Origin: Catajapyx aquilonaris
Lineage: Eukaryota
DNA: 49,045 nt
Assembly: GCA_000934665.2 (NCBI GenBank)
Contig: JYFJ02002918.1
Span: 1-49,045, forward strand
Reading direction: 5' to 3'
In this document: piece by piece, positions 24,181-38,138 of the stretch
Layout of the letters: every line of letters starts with the position of its first letter
Numbering within the stretch: position 1 is the stretch's first letter
Made by a program: the position numbers and the translations under genes
Notes under the pieces: model-generated
Database searches by the model: none
Told to the model about the DNA's origin: nothing
Seen by the model: the letters and a program-made list of their open reading frames with translations, nothing else

Positions 24181-25618
24181 CTAAATTTAAGGTTGGTTTG
24201 ATATCACTAGTGTCATGAGGAAAATGGGTGAAAAGTGTGACTAACCTTAAAAATCTGAGCAGATTATTAGCTGGAAAAGAGAGGAAAATGTGGCTTACAG
24301 TACAAGAAAGTATGATGAGAATAGACATGTGTGGAGCCTACTTCCTTCTTGGGCTATTATAGAGACTCACATCTGCTCTATCTCCACATGCTATTTTCAA
24401 TCACAGGATGTAATGACTACATGTTAACCTTTTTCAAAGGTTAAACAGTAGTTTGTCATCTGCTAAATTGAGTTAAATCGATTGCAACTGATCTATAGCA
24501 ATGAGATTAACCATTTGCATACACATATTTATTCACAAGCGATCTTATAAGTACCGGTATGTTCTCTTACTGTATTCCATATTCCTTTAATTAATTCGCC
24601 AGTCTATTCAACCTAAGCAATAAATTATAGTATTAAATGACAAACGGCCTTATTGAACTCGTAGGCGTGATGACACGCTGTAATTAATTAAAATTAAGTG
24701 CCAAAACTTTCTATCAGAGCTAATGACATGTCGCAATAATCAATGCAGCTGAAGTCTCTTGTGCGTGAAAAATAATGTTTGTACCACTCCTGGTCGCATA
24801 ATAATGTCAACCAATGAGAGACATAAATGGATCATGTGACGACTAGAGAAGATATTATGTACCAACATCACCTCAAGTAAGATTGTACAGAAACGTACCT
24901 TTTAGTGACACGACACTCCGGTTAAATCCCGCCAGTTGGGATGACATGTAACAAGAACACACACTTTTCAATAAAAATTAATGACAGATATACATGGTGT
25001 AATGCACAGAGTTCGTGAGGAGTAAATGGGAGAGAAATACTGGATTGTTCATTTCACAAACAATCACTACATTTGTTGCTTCCGAATCATAATTACTGCT
25101 CTAAGTAAGAGAAAAATGATTACCTATTTTTTTAAATGGAAAGAGCTAGTTTACCACCCTATTAGCTGTACGTTGTACTTGCCTGGCATGCCATAGTGAT
25201 TGGTGCGTCACAGTATAAAGTCACAGAATGATGTGAAGAACCCAAAGAAGAATCTCCAAATGGAGTGCCACCCTTTCCTGCTACCAAGTAAAATAAATTC
25301 CTCCAGTAGCTAATTGCAGCCCAGCTTATCGAACCTTCCAACCAATCCCACATCAGAGAAACAACGTTTACTTTAATCACGCCTGGTTCTTATCAAATCT
25401 CACCACCAACACCATTTTTGGCATATTTGTTTTCTAAGAACTGACCTGGACATCATCAACTGTGACATGGAGGGAAATATATTAGCGAAATAAAGTACAC
25501 AGCAGTTAATTTATATCCGAAAAAATAATTAGATGCCTTTATTACTGCAGTTCTGCATACAAATGTGAGTGCCATTTAACTGTCAAAGATTGGAGACACT
25601 GGACAAGGTTTGGTTGGA

Positions 25619-28600
25619 TCATAACGTGGTGACCTCTCCTTCTTCTTCATCGTCCTCCGCGTCGTAAAAGACGTCCTCATCATCTTCAGGCAAACCTCCG
25701 CAGGCTCCGGCTCTGTTCCTGTTCTTCTTTACCCCTAACATGAACCTGTACGCAAACTTCTGCTTGAGAGCAGCCATTTCAGCTATCGTGACACCAGGTT
25801 TGGCGGCAGCCTGGTGCTTACGTTTCACTGCTTCGATCAGCTCCTCTGGAATATATAATATTGGTTATCAATCATATTCTCGAGTCCTCTCGAGATTTCC
25901 TCAAATAATATTATACCTTTGATGATGTCTACAGATAGAAGTGTGTTGAACTCCATGAGCTTAGCAAGTCTGTCGAAGGTCTCGGCAGGATAGTGAAAGT
26001 TGAAGAGAGAATATGGACTCTTGTCGCCAAAAACTGTGAAGTCAGCGAAAGCCTTTTCCTCCTCTGTCTCTCGAGGAACACCTGCAACAATACAATCATT
26101 GTTAGAGGTGTTGAACACCACTAGGCCTGGTCCAATACAAAATGGCGGAGCAGCCATCTTGTCGTGGACTCTTCCAGGCCTAGAGTATAGAGCTGACCTG
26201 GCGCTTTGAACCTGCGGAACTCGTTGTTGATGATGGCAAAGTGGATGATGACAGGGCAGAAAGGGTCAGTCGGATGCCTGAAGACGTACGCTTCCTTCAC
26301 CGGCTCCTTTGAGTACTGCTTTGCCTGCTCGCTGATTGGAGGGAAAGGAATGTGGTTGACCTGTGCCCAACGCTCGGCCAGAAGCAGCTCTTTGAATGGC
26401 GGAAGGTCATCTGAGGGTCTGGCGCTGTAGTCAAATGAGAGGAAGAGGTTGACCCCACGTTGAGGCCGAAGCAACAGAGGGTACGGAGAGTTGAAGGTAA
26501 GTCCACCGTCCACTATAAACAATTTCTTCGCATGAGGATCCAACGGCTCGTGATGTCCCTTGAAGTCAACCTCTGCAAATTGGACATAATAAGTCATTGG
26601 GTGTGTGACCATAAGAATCATACATACCATCAGTAGCGTTGGTTGGTGTGTCCGGACTGAATGGCGACAGTGGATACATTTGGGACAAAGACAATCCTCG
26701 AAGCGGGTTGAAGATAAGTCCTGCCCTTCCAGCTCGGGTGTCCAACATGGAGCTGGAGAAGAGCGATTCCACCACGGAGGATATCATACCACCTTTCTTC
26801 TCCTGCTTTGACTGCCGTTTGGTCCTCCTGCAACAACATTCTTTTGTCAGAAATGCGGTTTGCGCCATCACGATTTGAACCTCGGTCGTACGACCAGACG
26901 CCTGGTCGTGCGACCCAGGCTCAAATCGTGAGGGCGTAAACAGGCCTTTATGGTCGCATCTGACCTCCTCTCCTTCCAGAAGTTGGACTGGTTGCCAGCT
27001 CTACTTCGCACCAACGGCTTCCTCATCTTGTCCACTGCCATGGCAGCTGTCCTGAACGACAGAGCGGTTGGACATTTCGCGTTGTCCGTTTTGTCTCCTT
27101 CCTCATCGGACACCCTGTCCGGAGTGCTGTCGTCCGATGAGTGGGTGTCCACTTCGTCGTCGGAGCAGGACGAGTCTTCTCCCAGCTCCTCAGTCGCTCC
27201 CTTGGCTATACTCGCCTCTGTGATGACAAACAAAATTGTCAGAACTGTGTTCGAAACATGTTCTTTCGATGACGATGATGATGACATACCCAAGTCCCTG
27301 AGTGTGTCCTCTTCTTCCTGGTAGCCATCAGCTTTGGCTGCCTCCTTCCTCTCTTCCTCCGAGAGGCTGTCCCTCAGCATCTCTGCGATGTCTTTCCTCC
27401 CGCTCTCCTGGACCAATCGTTTGAACAGGATGCAGAAGGCGCTGCCCCAAACACCTTGCAGGTAATGAAGAGGGCTCTCCGCATAACCTCTGACCAACCG
27501 ACCCAGGAAGAACTTTGACCCGAAGTCCTGTGGACGCATGAAGGCTCCGTACTTTGCGATTCCGATGTCGTAAGGGTTGAACTCGATCCATTCCTGTGGA
27601 GTAATTAGCAATTAGATTTTTTTTTTCTTCCAAATATTCTAGTTAATAATGGCGCAGTTTAGGTGACTGACCTGGAAGACCCTGGCCGACACGTTCTTCT
27701 TGACGTGCAGGCACGTGAACAATGGGAAGGGCGCAGCTCCGTTGTCAATTACACGGTGCATGTCCGACAGTTTCGACTCTTGACGCTTGAAAAAAAATAG
27801 AATTGGTCAGGAAGTTCTCAGGAAAATGATTGACACTTTCTGGTTGACAAACAATACAACGCGTGCATTGAACTGGAAGGTGTGGTACCCGCCGCATGAA
27901 GCAATTGCGGAACAACAATGAGGACCCAATTTTCAGGTCGTCAGAATTGTCAACACAATTTTATGGGTAATGAGGCTTCGAACACCAATTGACATCATAA
28001 TTTATTCTTCTTATCCGCTTATTAACTCCGTCAGATGTTTGTCCGACCTGACAGTACTGCTATCACCCGCAAGGATTTGAGGGTGACAGTAGTGTGCAAA
28101 GTGGGAGGATGCGCCATCTATGACCGAAGTAAGGTACTAAATGGACAGTCCTTTGCTACTTACTCCTGGAAGAAGGGTGTCTCCAAGGAGACAGCCGAAG
28201 AAGTCAGTGAAGGAGACTGGCTGTCCGTTCATGCTCTTGTTGAGAAGCTTCTTTCCGTACCGGTAAAACCCTGTAGGAGACAGGTTGTACATCCAGTGCT
28301 TGCCCAGACACTCCCGGATTTCCTCCTGGATGTCTCCTGGACTTTTTGTCGGGAAATCCGGATGCGAGTATAGAGTCGACAGGTACCTGAAAAATTACAT
28401 TTCAGGCTGTACTTATAGAGCCAACTATCATATAGATTATTTTATATTACCAGGCTGATCCGGATAATCCAGCTGTGTAGACTACGGTGTCGAGTATCCC
28501 CGAATCTGCGAGGGCCTTCATGACCCCACTGAAGGCCGTGAGTGCCCTGAATCCTCCACCGCTTCCCAAGATGGCCACGATCGGAACCTGCTTCACTTGC

Positions 28601-31600
28601 TTGGGCGCCTTGTCCCCTAGAAGTTTCTTCATGCCCCAAAACACCTTCTTGCGTCGGTCACGCAGAAACTTCTTCTCTTGGTCGCACAGGGCCAGGCTGT
28701 ACCGGAGATCCGGATGCGTACTAAAAGAGAAAATTGTGTTATACTGTGCAGATATAATATTTCTTTGCCAGAGCAACATAGTCCATTGTTCCGACACCGG
28801 TAGCCTAGCCTCTAAAGACTTGCAACGTCGCAAAATTCAGCCGTATTGTTACCCCCTCAAGCGTAGTGTTGGAAACAATATGAGCGAACTGAGTTGCACA
28901 CTCTCGGTTGTGCTCAATTAAAAATTCATATATATACTGTAGGTACCAATCTTAACATTAATTAAGCCAAACAAAATGTACTCACTCTTTTGTTAAATGC
29001 AACCTCAGATGAACTTTAGATGCCTGGAAGAGATTTTTTTTAAAAATAATTTACATTAATATATAGCTGGTGTGAGACTTACTCCTTCGAAGACCAGAGT
29101 GTATTCTTTTTCCTCGTTGGACGGAACATTTTTAAGATTGATGTGCTCCTTTCCAATGAAGGTGTCGATGGTGTAGTTGGCATCCATCAGTGTCACCTCT
29201 GAAATATATTCCATTATCAGTTAGCACACTTTTATTATAGTACCGCACAGTCACTTAAACGAGTAAGGTAGCAGACCTGAAGCTGAAATTACTCTCTCTT
29301 TACCTCAAATTTCAGCTTCAGGTCTGCTACCGTACGCCTGTGACTATTTACATTGTCAACTCACCCAGGATGTTCTTGTGGTCTGGATCGAGGAAGAAAT
29401 TAAACGTCTCTTCCCATACCGGACTGACGCAGTTGTCGACGTGACGTGTCCTCTTCTTTCCGTTTGGAGTACCCGCAACGTGCAGGATGACGTATGGGTC
29501 TGGAGTGTCGACTGGATTGGCACAAAAAAATGGAGTACGAAAGTTAGCAACGGAATTTTATTTTCAGGGTAAATATTATATAGGTCACGAATTAAAAATA
29601 ACTTACAAAAGTCAGCACTTGCTCCTTTCGTCACATTTTCCCCTCGAGCAACGGTCACACGAAGTACTAGGCAGGATTCGTGAGACACCTGAAAATATCA
29701 TCATCATCATCATTGAATGTTAAACACGATTTGGTTGCTAATAATTAAATGGGTTTATAGTCCTTTTGGCTCTCAGCAGTAATTGCTTTGTGGGCTGTGA
29801 TAATACAGTATTGTTCTCTTAATTAACAAAGTCTTTACTGTAGGCATACTATGTCTTGGGTTCGTTTGCAGCCCTTTCCGTGCTAATTAAGAAGTGCAGT
29901 AAACATGCAGTGTTAATGACTTCATCTTCCGGCATAAGTTGTCGACAACCAAAAACAGTTATGAGACACATGTAACATGGCTATGACGTTAGTAGACTTA
30001 AAAAAGTGAACATGGCATCCAAAAATTAGCTAGAATAATTGATTAAAAAAATTGTGTACTCACCTCAAACATCTGAAAAGGATCGAAGCTGCGAACCAGA
30101 AAAAATGTAATTAGAGAAAGTTAACAACTGCAAATTAAGATGTCCTCGTCCTGTGGCAAAAATTAAGTACCGGCCGCTTTTCAGCAAGTATAATTAAACT
30201 GAATTTCTGTTTCAAACAGTCGGCACGTATAACAATTTCTCATGCAATTAGTGACATTGAAATATTTTACGCAATTAAATTTAATTTCTGAAATGCATAT
30301 AAGTTGTGCCACTGCCATTGTTGCGTGAGAAAGAAGCTCCCAAAACAAAAAAAAAAAAGCCACGTGCTTTTTCATGCAAGCGTGCAATAATTGTTATGTT
30401 CAGGCTGATATAATTACGTGATCCTACATGTGCACACCATTGCATCCCGCCATGTCTCGGTACAGATCGTCACGTTTTTGACGAGACGTGTAACTACTGC
30501 AGGAAGTTGCACCGCAAGACAGTGATAAGTAGGCCTAGTTCCCTTTCAAGGTCAGCTAGTGACCTATTATAATAGCTTCCAAGTTTAGGAAGAAGGATGT
30601 TTAGGATAAAAAAACTTCCTCGTTAATATTTTTCCTCAAGCCCAGTTAACAAAATTTGGCAACACACTGCCCCCTCGGGACTGTGGACGTAGTACCATAT
30701 CTCTGACAGAGATGACGGTGCAGTCTGATGACTCACCGCGGACAAAGAGATGCACATACCCAAGTCGATTATATATCAGACTAGTATAGTGAACTCGTTG
30801 CCAAAATTTGGCAAAACTTGTATTAATCAGTACGACAATCATTTTAATGAGATGGTCCGCCGAATTACCACGTAGTTCTATTCTTCCCGGAAATATGGCG
30901 CTCGGCGCATACTCCTGCACACTCCTGCCATCATCAGGTCGTGCGAGAGATAGCGGTACTATCAGGTCGGACAAACATCCGACGGAGGTGAACCCGTTGC
31001 CAAAAATTATAATCATCTGATATGAAATATTTGTAGTACTCTTCTTCACGCAGAGATGGCGAATTCTCCCTCTGCACACTCCTGCCACTTTCAAGTGGTG
31101 CGAGAGAGTAGAAACACGGACAAACAAACGGAAAGAGAGAACAAGCCGATTAGGTATATTGATTTTAGTGGAATTAAGTGCTGTAAATGGGATTTTTGAA
31201 ACATTTCGTTTTAAAGCAGTGCGTTTCACACAACAAACGACCATGCAAAAGTTGACCACATGCAGACTTGTTATCCTTTACCAACATCATGCTGCAAAAT
31301 ATTTTTGTGTGCAAAATATGTATTGATGTTCAACCTGTCGAGGTCCCAAAGGGCGCTTCCTGCCCTGGATAGCCATCCCCATTCGTATAGTCCCGATGGC
31401 GTCTTGGGGTTCTTCCTTGGAGCGTTGGGGTCCCTGACCTTGGACGCCTCGTTCTCCAGGACTGCCCTCTGAAGGTCAAGGGCAGGAGGCCCAAGACCTC
31501 TGCCTCCTCGACCCCTCCCCATTGGAGGAGCCAGGCGACGACGATTCAGGAGACCTGCCATTGGAGGCGGTGCTGACGTCGGGGACGACGGCGGCGACGA

Positions 31601-31630
31601 CCTCTCAGTGTCGTCTGGGGTTCTTGTCAT
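25619..31630 (-). CDS. PLA2G4A: Cytosolic phospholipase A2 alpha-like (PLA2G4A-like), paralog B, apparently intact; probable first exon 31630-31335, micro-exon 30088-30064
   Basis: FDPFQMFEVSH, DTPDPYV, EVTLMDANY (C2 Ca2+ ligands), PDLRYSLALCDQEK, GSGGGFRA, AGLSGSAWYLSTLYSHPDFP, EWIEFNPY, YPLSP and IVDGGLTFNSPYP motifs follow cPLA2-alpha in order. The splice phases checked are consistent. Confidence 0.92.
29267..29330. repeat. Short intronic inverted repeat (24 bp arms)
   Basis: ggtagcagacctgaagctgaaatt ... aatttcagcttcaggtctgctacc. Confidence 0.85.
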
Positions 31631-34600
31631 GCCGTCGGCTAACTGGCTGGCAAAATGATCACATAGGAAGGACTGAACTCTACCTTATAGTTCAACGTCC
31701 TTCTCACTTGAGAACCATTTTAATACACGTAACGAGGACGTCGAAGAGGATGGAAGCAAGGTGCCAATGGAAATTATTTCTCCGTCCAATGATACAAATA
31801 AATCTGGTACGTACTGTACCTGTTACAATCAAATTATGAACACCTTCATAAACATTGATACATTATGGTTCTGCTTTTATTTGTTCTAAAATTATTAACT
31901 CACGATATTACTAGATACTATGAAAATACCTTCAAAAGTAGTGCAAAGTTGCCCCGTGGTTGAATTGACGTGGAATGTGACTCCTAAAAGTAACTGTTGA
32001 CTTCAAAGACATTGGCACTAATAAGAAAGCACTTGATTTATTATAAAGCAGTGTGTTGTGCAAAATACGAACTGTTCATTTTTGGGCACTTCTTTTTCCT
32101 GGAAGGGCCGAGCAGATGTTAACAGGATTCGCAAATTTTTCAGACACCGTGTCATTGACCCTTTCTCCTTGTATTTTTTTTTTGCAAACCAGTACTATAC
32201 GGCAAACATGCAATGAAGCGTGGCGGGCTTTAAAATGCAAATGGTTTTTTTGGACGCGAAAAAAACGGTCAACAAACTCATCTCGCAGCCTAACCCGTGT
32301 CCTTTTTCTGTGTCGCTCGTATGGGGATGGCGAGCTTTTCTCTTGTCCTCAGGCGACTTGTCTCGTGACTTATCCTCTCTATGCTGTACAAGGAAGGATG
32401 CTGGCTGCGATTTACGTAATGGAGGAGGAAAAAATCTTGGTGCCACACATCCTTTTTTCCTGCTACACCTTGGATATATATATATATATATATTTGTCAA
32501 TCTTATAGTTTGTTGCCAAATGAGCGTAAGATTCTGCCAGTAATCATCGAGCTATACATTAATAGAATAAAAATATATGGTCGCCTTCTAAGAAGCGCCA
32601 TGACAGTTTATTAGGGCAGGATATAACCACTGCTTTTGTTAATTTTGGGGGGACTATGATGCGGCAACACTGCTAAAAAATTACCTAACAATTGTCCCTA
32701 TTCTGACGGAGGAAGTCGGCAAATATAAACGTTGATAACACGTTTCTGAATCAACAGCTTACATTTTTTTTTACTAGATTACAACCACATCCATCATGAT
32801 AGAAAGTCTCTTAAAACTGACAGCCGCCTTCGACTAGACGGAGCCAATTTTAAAGTATGGCCTAATACACGTATTAATTAGGCTTACAATTATTTATAAA
32901 TAATGTACTAGCCTCGATATTCCTAAAAATGTCAATTAACGTGATGTGCTCGCAGATTATTCCTTCATAAAATACAGCACAATGCAGGAGGAAGCAACCC
33001 TTCATATTCATCAACAGGTGTATACCGATCCGGTGAAGATTATGACGCAAATAAAAACAATCACTCTCGTAATAAGCCATCACGTTCGGTATGAAATTAG
33101 CATCAATTTTTGCAGACCTTGGAAATGTCTGGATTCCTCTTTTTACGTCCCTTATAAAACAACAGGAGACTCTTACACTCGTAAGCAACACATTACGTGC
33201 GCATATTACTATCAAGGTCTTTACTATGAAAGTGTAGACATTGCTGACGTGACTTGAAGACATATAGGGAAGGCGCACCCGTTTATTATTATACATTTAT
33301 TTATTTGTACGCTATTTATTTATGGCATCAAACGCCTGCGAGGCAAATATAGGCTCAACAATAATACTTTGGGAGCTGTAAGTTTGCGACACATTTATGA
33401 CTCCTTAATTTCCGCTTCCTCTCAAACTTTTTATCTATTTATAACCTCGGGATAAAACGGCTGCTAAACTGTGACCACCGAAGTTAACGCATAATGTCAC
33501 ATTCGCAGACATATATCCGAAACGGTAATTAAAACGGCAGGCAGTAATTAGCCGTGAAATTATGCGATTGCGTCCGATGTTTAGTAAGTCGCAACATGCC
33601 ATTCTTGTGGTAATATCCACCATAAATTTTACGATACGACATGTGAGGTTGAAATTGCCAGTTCTGGTTATTTTAAGCAGTTACTTTTAGGGGTCGTGGA
33701 AAATATACCGATGTTAATATTGGAAGTAACACATTTTGTCATGGTGTGGTTCTGCTAAATTCAGTTAATCCAGGATGGTCTGAAATGCCCTACTCGCGCA
33801 TGCGCATTCTTTGCATACACCTCAGGATCTACCAGTGAGACTGCGCATGCGCGAGTGATCCATCACTTCTTAATCGCCTTTTTAAAAATAAGGTTTGCGA
33901 ATTTGATGCGAATTACTATGCAAAATACCTTCGAATCGGTCCACGACGTCCCCCTGACACCAACACATACACCCTTGCAACGGTGCCTCACGACCTCAAC
34001 TGTGGCGCACTGCCTCGAGTCACGGCCACTAGGGGCAGATGCGCCAGATAGAAAGGCCTACTACTTACACACACACAACTCTGTGGTCCAATCAGGTGCG
34101 CCCCTTTTTTTTTTTTTGCACAGGGCTGTCAGTCTAGCATGCAGAAAAGGACTGTGCATCGAGTTAATTTTTTTTTTTTTTGCAATTATTCAAGGGCGAC
34201 TGGTATCGGTACCGAGCGGTATGACTGGTTTTCGTGACGCAAATGACGCGTAAGAATTCCAAGGGCGGCAAAAATATATACCTATATATTTATGAAATTT
34301 ATATGTATAAAATAAGTGCAGTGTGGTTGGAGACTCTTATTGAGGAAGTTCTTCCTCTCGGTTTGCGTATAGATTAGGAGCTTCTTTCTCATACACACGT
34401 GTACACAGTACAATATAATGATTGTAATGACGCAGGAGGACGCACCAAAATGGCGTTTGCGACTGTTTTTTAAAAAAATGGTGTAGGTTTGTAGGACATG
34501 CAGAAAAAAAGACAGATTAAATTACACAAAACTTCCCCCAAAATTGTTTCTCGCTTTACAATATTATTTGTGGGTTGCCCAGAATTATGTCAAAAAAAAC

Positions 34601-37600
34601 TATTGCAAACGATGCACTTTTTTGTGTACACCACCTGCCATAATTTTGCGTATAAACAGACACTCCCCTTTTTTTGTCAATTAACCCTTAGGGCTGGATT
34701 AACAATGTTTACGATGGTTTTTTCCCCCCTTGTGTAATTTGTTGAAGACTAGACCTACCTCAAAAAAATGACATTATGTGACGCCTTTTTGCAGTTAAAG
34801 TCATCAATGAGAATTTACAAATTTTGCAAAATAAATTGTAATGTAGCGACACAATAATTATTACAGGGATCGAAATATTCGGATGCAATAATTTGCACTC
34901 CAAAATTATTATATGCACTCTAAAGTGACCAATCGGTGGCCAGGAAATACGTGGTACAATTATTATGTAATTTGAAAAGCGGCGTCATATTTTGTTCATT
35001 TCACCAATAATTGCCTGCTGAGTAGACCGGATTACGTCAACTTACGTCGGCATGTCTTCGTCGTCGTCGTCGTCACCCTTGTTCTTTTCGACACTCGAGG
35101 TATCCTGCTTCTTATTTCGTCTGATGAAAGCGGACAGCTCGGCCGGAAATAATTTTCGGCGCCACCCTGTAGATGAATAGGTCACTTTTAAAAAAAATCA
35201 CCGAATTAACAACCCTATAATTAAGCTCATTACGTTTAAGAACTCCTGGTTGGCTACTCATTTTTGGATAATTGATATTATCGAAGCGATTTCCAATATT
35301 GCAAGGGTGATGCAGCCCGGGTTGCAACTTAAACAATGGTTAGTAAGAGAGTAAAAGTCTTGAGACATTGCGAGAAAAATGAATTTATTATTGGTCGAGA
35401 ATTTTTCTTTTCAAGTTCGAATGAGTTGCTCTGAAACTATTGGTCAGACGATAGTTAACTTAACTAGGGTGACCCCCTCGAGACCCTTTGTCACGCTGAT
35501 TATTTCATTTCACGGGATTCTAACTCGACTATATTCTCTGTGAGCGGAAGTTGTAACTAATTCAGCCGGAAAAAGGCCATCATAATAAGAGGAAACTTCA
35601 AAGTTGTAAAAAAATGTACTATAAGCTATAACTAATTTGAACGAAATTAGTTTTTTTTAAAAAATTAATGGAGAGAGAGAGAGGAAAAACTCTGGCTGCA
35701 CTACAGTTCTGGCTGAACATTTTCGAGGAATGCAACATCGGGTGAGCACGAGGGTAAGATATTTACCGGGGGCCGTAAACCAGTGGTTTTAAGGTATATT
35801 ATAGTTGAGCCTATGGGATATTGTTAGGTACGGACTAGCTTTATGGAGGTATTTAATCAGGTACGTGTATGGCGGATTGGTCATACTGCAATATTTCAGG
35901 ATAAGTAGACGAAAGTGAGTGTTTCAGAATAAATTAATGAGATTGCTTAGGTTCTTATGTAACAAAGGGGGGGGGGATCTTTTAAACGCAGCTAGATGTA
36001 AGAGCAGCTATGGCCAGTCACCGGTGACCAATTTTGCTTTCATGGATGACTGATAGTTTTAATAGGATGGCGCTTATTCTGTGGGGAAAAAAATGCTGCA
36101 ATTGCTGTTTTGCCTTATTTATTTATTTCTACAGAATATGATTGTGCATAAAATATTGCATACATTTGTTCGGCCCATTCCCGAGTTATTCTGTATATTT
36201 AGAACTTTTTAGTCGTTTAGAATCCATAAGCAAGCCTATTTATAAAATCTAATGGAAAAATTAATGAAATAACCATTTTCCATGACTTATGAAGGTATGA
36301 AAATTACTCTGACAAAGTTCTCTTCTTCAGTTAAAACTCTCAGGGAAGTACACAATATGAACGACTATGTCATTCTCAAAATGACTATTGTAGTACTGTA
36401 CCAATATTTTCTTACTTTATAACATCCGTACTAATTTCACGAGATAAATAATCGTAATTACCGTTCGACACATTAATAAACAAACTGGAGCACCTGAAAT
36501 GTACACAGAGTCGCACTGATGTGATTTTGAAAAAGCGAATATTGCTTTACGCCAATATTTGAGACACTTCCTTACATTTTTCTAGGTACAGAGGACTGGG
36601 ATTATCCCATCAGAAAACTCATTTGTATGTAAGTAAGTACGTACATGTCAAGGACGATTATCCAATACCCCCCGATACCCACATCAATTTATAGAACAAA
36701 ACATGACTCTCCTGTGCAAATCAGGTCTTCATTTATACAAGGTATATAACCCAACCAATTTTAATGAGCTATTGCTCATCCAATTGTAGCCAAATAAAGT
36801 CACTGCTCCATTTCCCTGTCCAACAAGAGGACTTACCAGGTTTTCTACGAGTGTTTTTGTCCCCATCGCACTGATCTACACCCATCTCTGACTTGGAAGC
36901 GGTAATATTATTCAAGGTGCTTGATTGTGTATGATCTGAGGTCGGACGGACCCAACCACCTTTCCTAGAAACTACTCGTGCACTGAATTTGCCAACAGGA
37001 AATTCATGCCCGGTCTCTGCACAATAATTGGGTGTGGTCTCGCAAAGGGTCCATTCAGAGGATTCAATGACCACCGTCTACGTCATCACCTGGTATTTCC
37101 CCTGTTCCCGAAGTGGGGGGAAAAAACCAGAAAATTTTTAGAGCCCCTGGACTTACGTGACGTCAATCAGGTTTTGCAGATTTACGAGGGCGGCCCGCCA
37201 AACAAAAAAAATTTGCGAGAAAAAAAATTAGTGGTCTCTCGCTCCTGGGTTTTGGACTGCCGAAAGCTGCAAGGTCGTCACAACTGAAATGATTGCGAAG
37301 CATGTGTACAGGTGGGTACAGAGTTGGAATAATTGTATGTCATAAAAGCACATATTCATGCACACAATCATATGCTGGAAGAGCATGCGATTCTCATGTT
37401 ATAACTTTAGCACACATAGAGTCAGAAAATATTTTAGCAAATATTATCAGACTGGTTGACACATGTGAAAAAAAGAGTCAATAGTTCATAAATTACTCGA
37501 ATATATGTGGGCTTATTTCAAACACTTGCCGTTATCTATGAGTTGATAAAAAGTTGCATAAGTAAAAAATACACAACGGACTTTGTAATGTTCTATCGTT

Positions 37601-37649
37601 TGTTGTTATCGCTTGGAATGCTACACTTGTTGGGGAGTCGATATAACAT

Positions 37650-37902
37650 CTGATTTGCATGAATTCCAAATCAATTAACGATAAATCAGCCGTGTTTGTT
37701 AAAACTGTGACTAATATTAATCCTGGTAATTCCATCAGGCATGGTTAAAATGTTCCGTCCAAAGTTCAATTACCCAGCTGATTTGCATGAATTCCAAATT
37801 AATAAATGATAAATCAGCCTTGTTTGTTAAAACTGTTGCTAATATTAATCCTGGTAATTCCATCAAGGCATGGTTAAAATTTTCCCTTCCAAAGTTCAAT
37901 TA
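37650..37902. repeat. Tandem duplication, 2 x ~125 bp
   Basis: ctgatttgcatgaattccaaat...ccaaagttcaatta occurs twice in direct orientation. Confidence 0.85.
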
Positions 37903-38138
37903 TACCCGTCAGCCTCAGGTATCTAGAAGGCAATAGGATAGGTCAGCAACTTTACTTCTGGCTTTGTAGCCTGCGCAGTTCAATATACAAGATGTAAACA
38001 GAGTGTTTGTCCTGTAGGAGTCACCTCTCCAGACGAACTGAAACTATATTATTAACCTGTGTACTGCACGTAAAAATGCGGACAGACCAGTTGTGCAAGT
38101 AATTATGAATGGAAATAAGGGAAAAAAAAATTTGACCA

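Noticed and set aside
32874..33296. 140 aa and 103 aa ORFs between cPLA2-B and COX
   Set aside because: No recognisable motif or splice structure; possibly a decayed retroelement but not supportable.
36769..37074. ORF with a strong GTAAGT donor as a further cPLA2-B first exon
   Set aside because: The open frame ends in phase 1, incompatible with the phase-2 micro-exon; no homology recognised.
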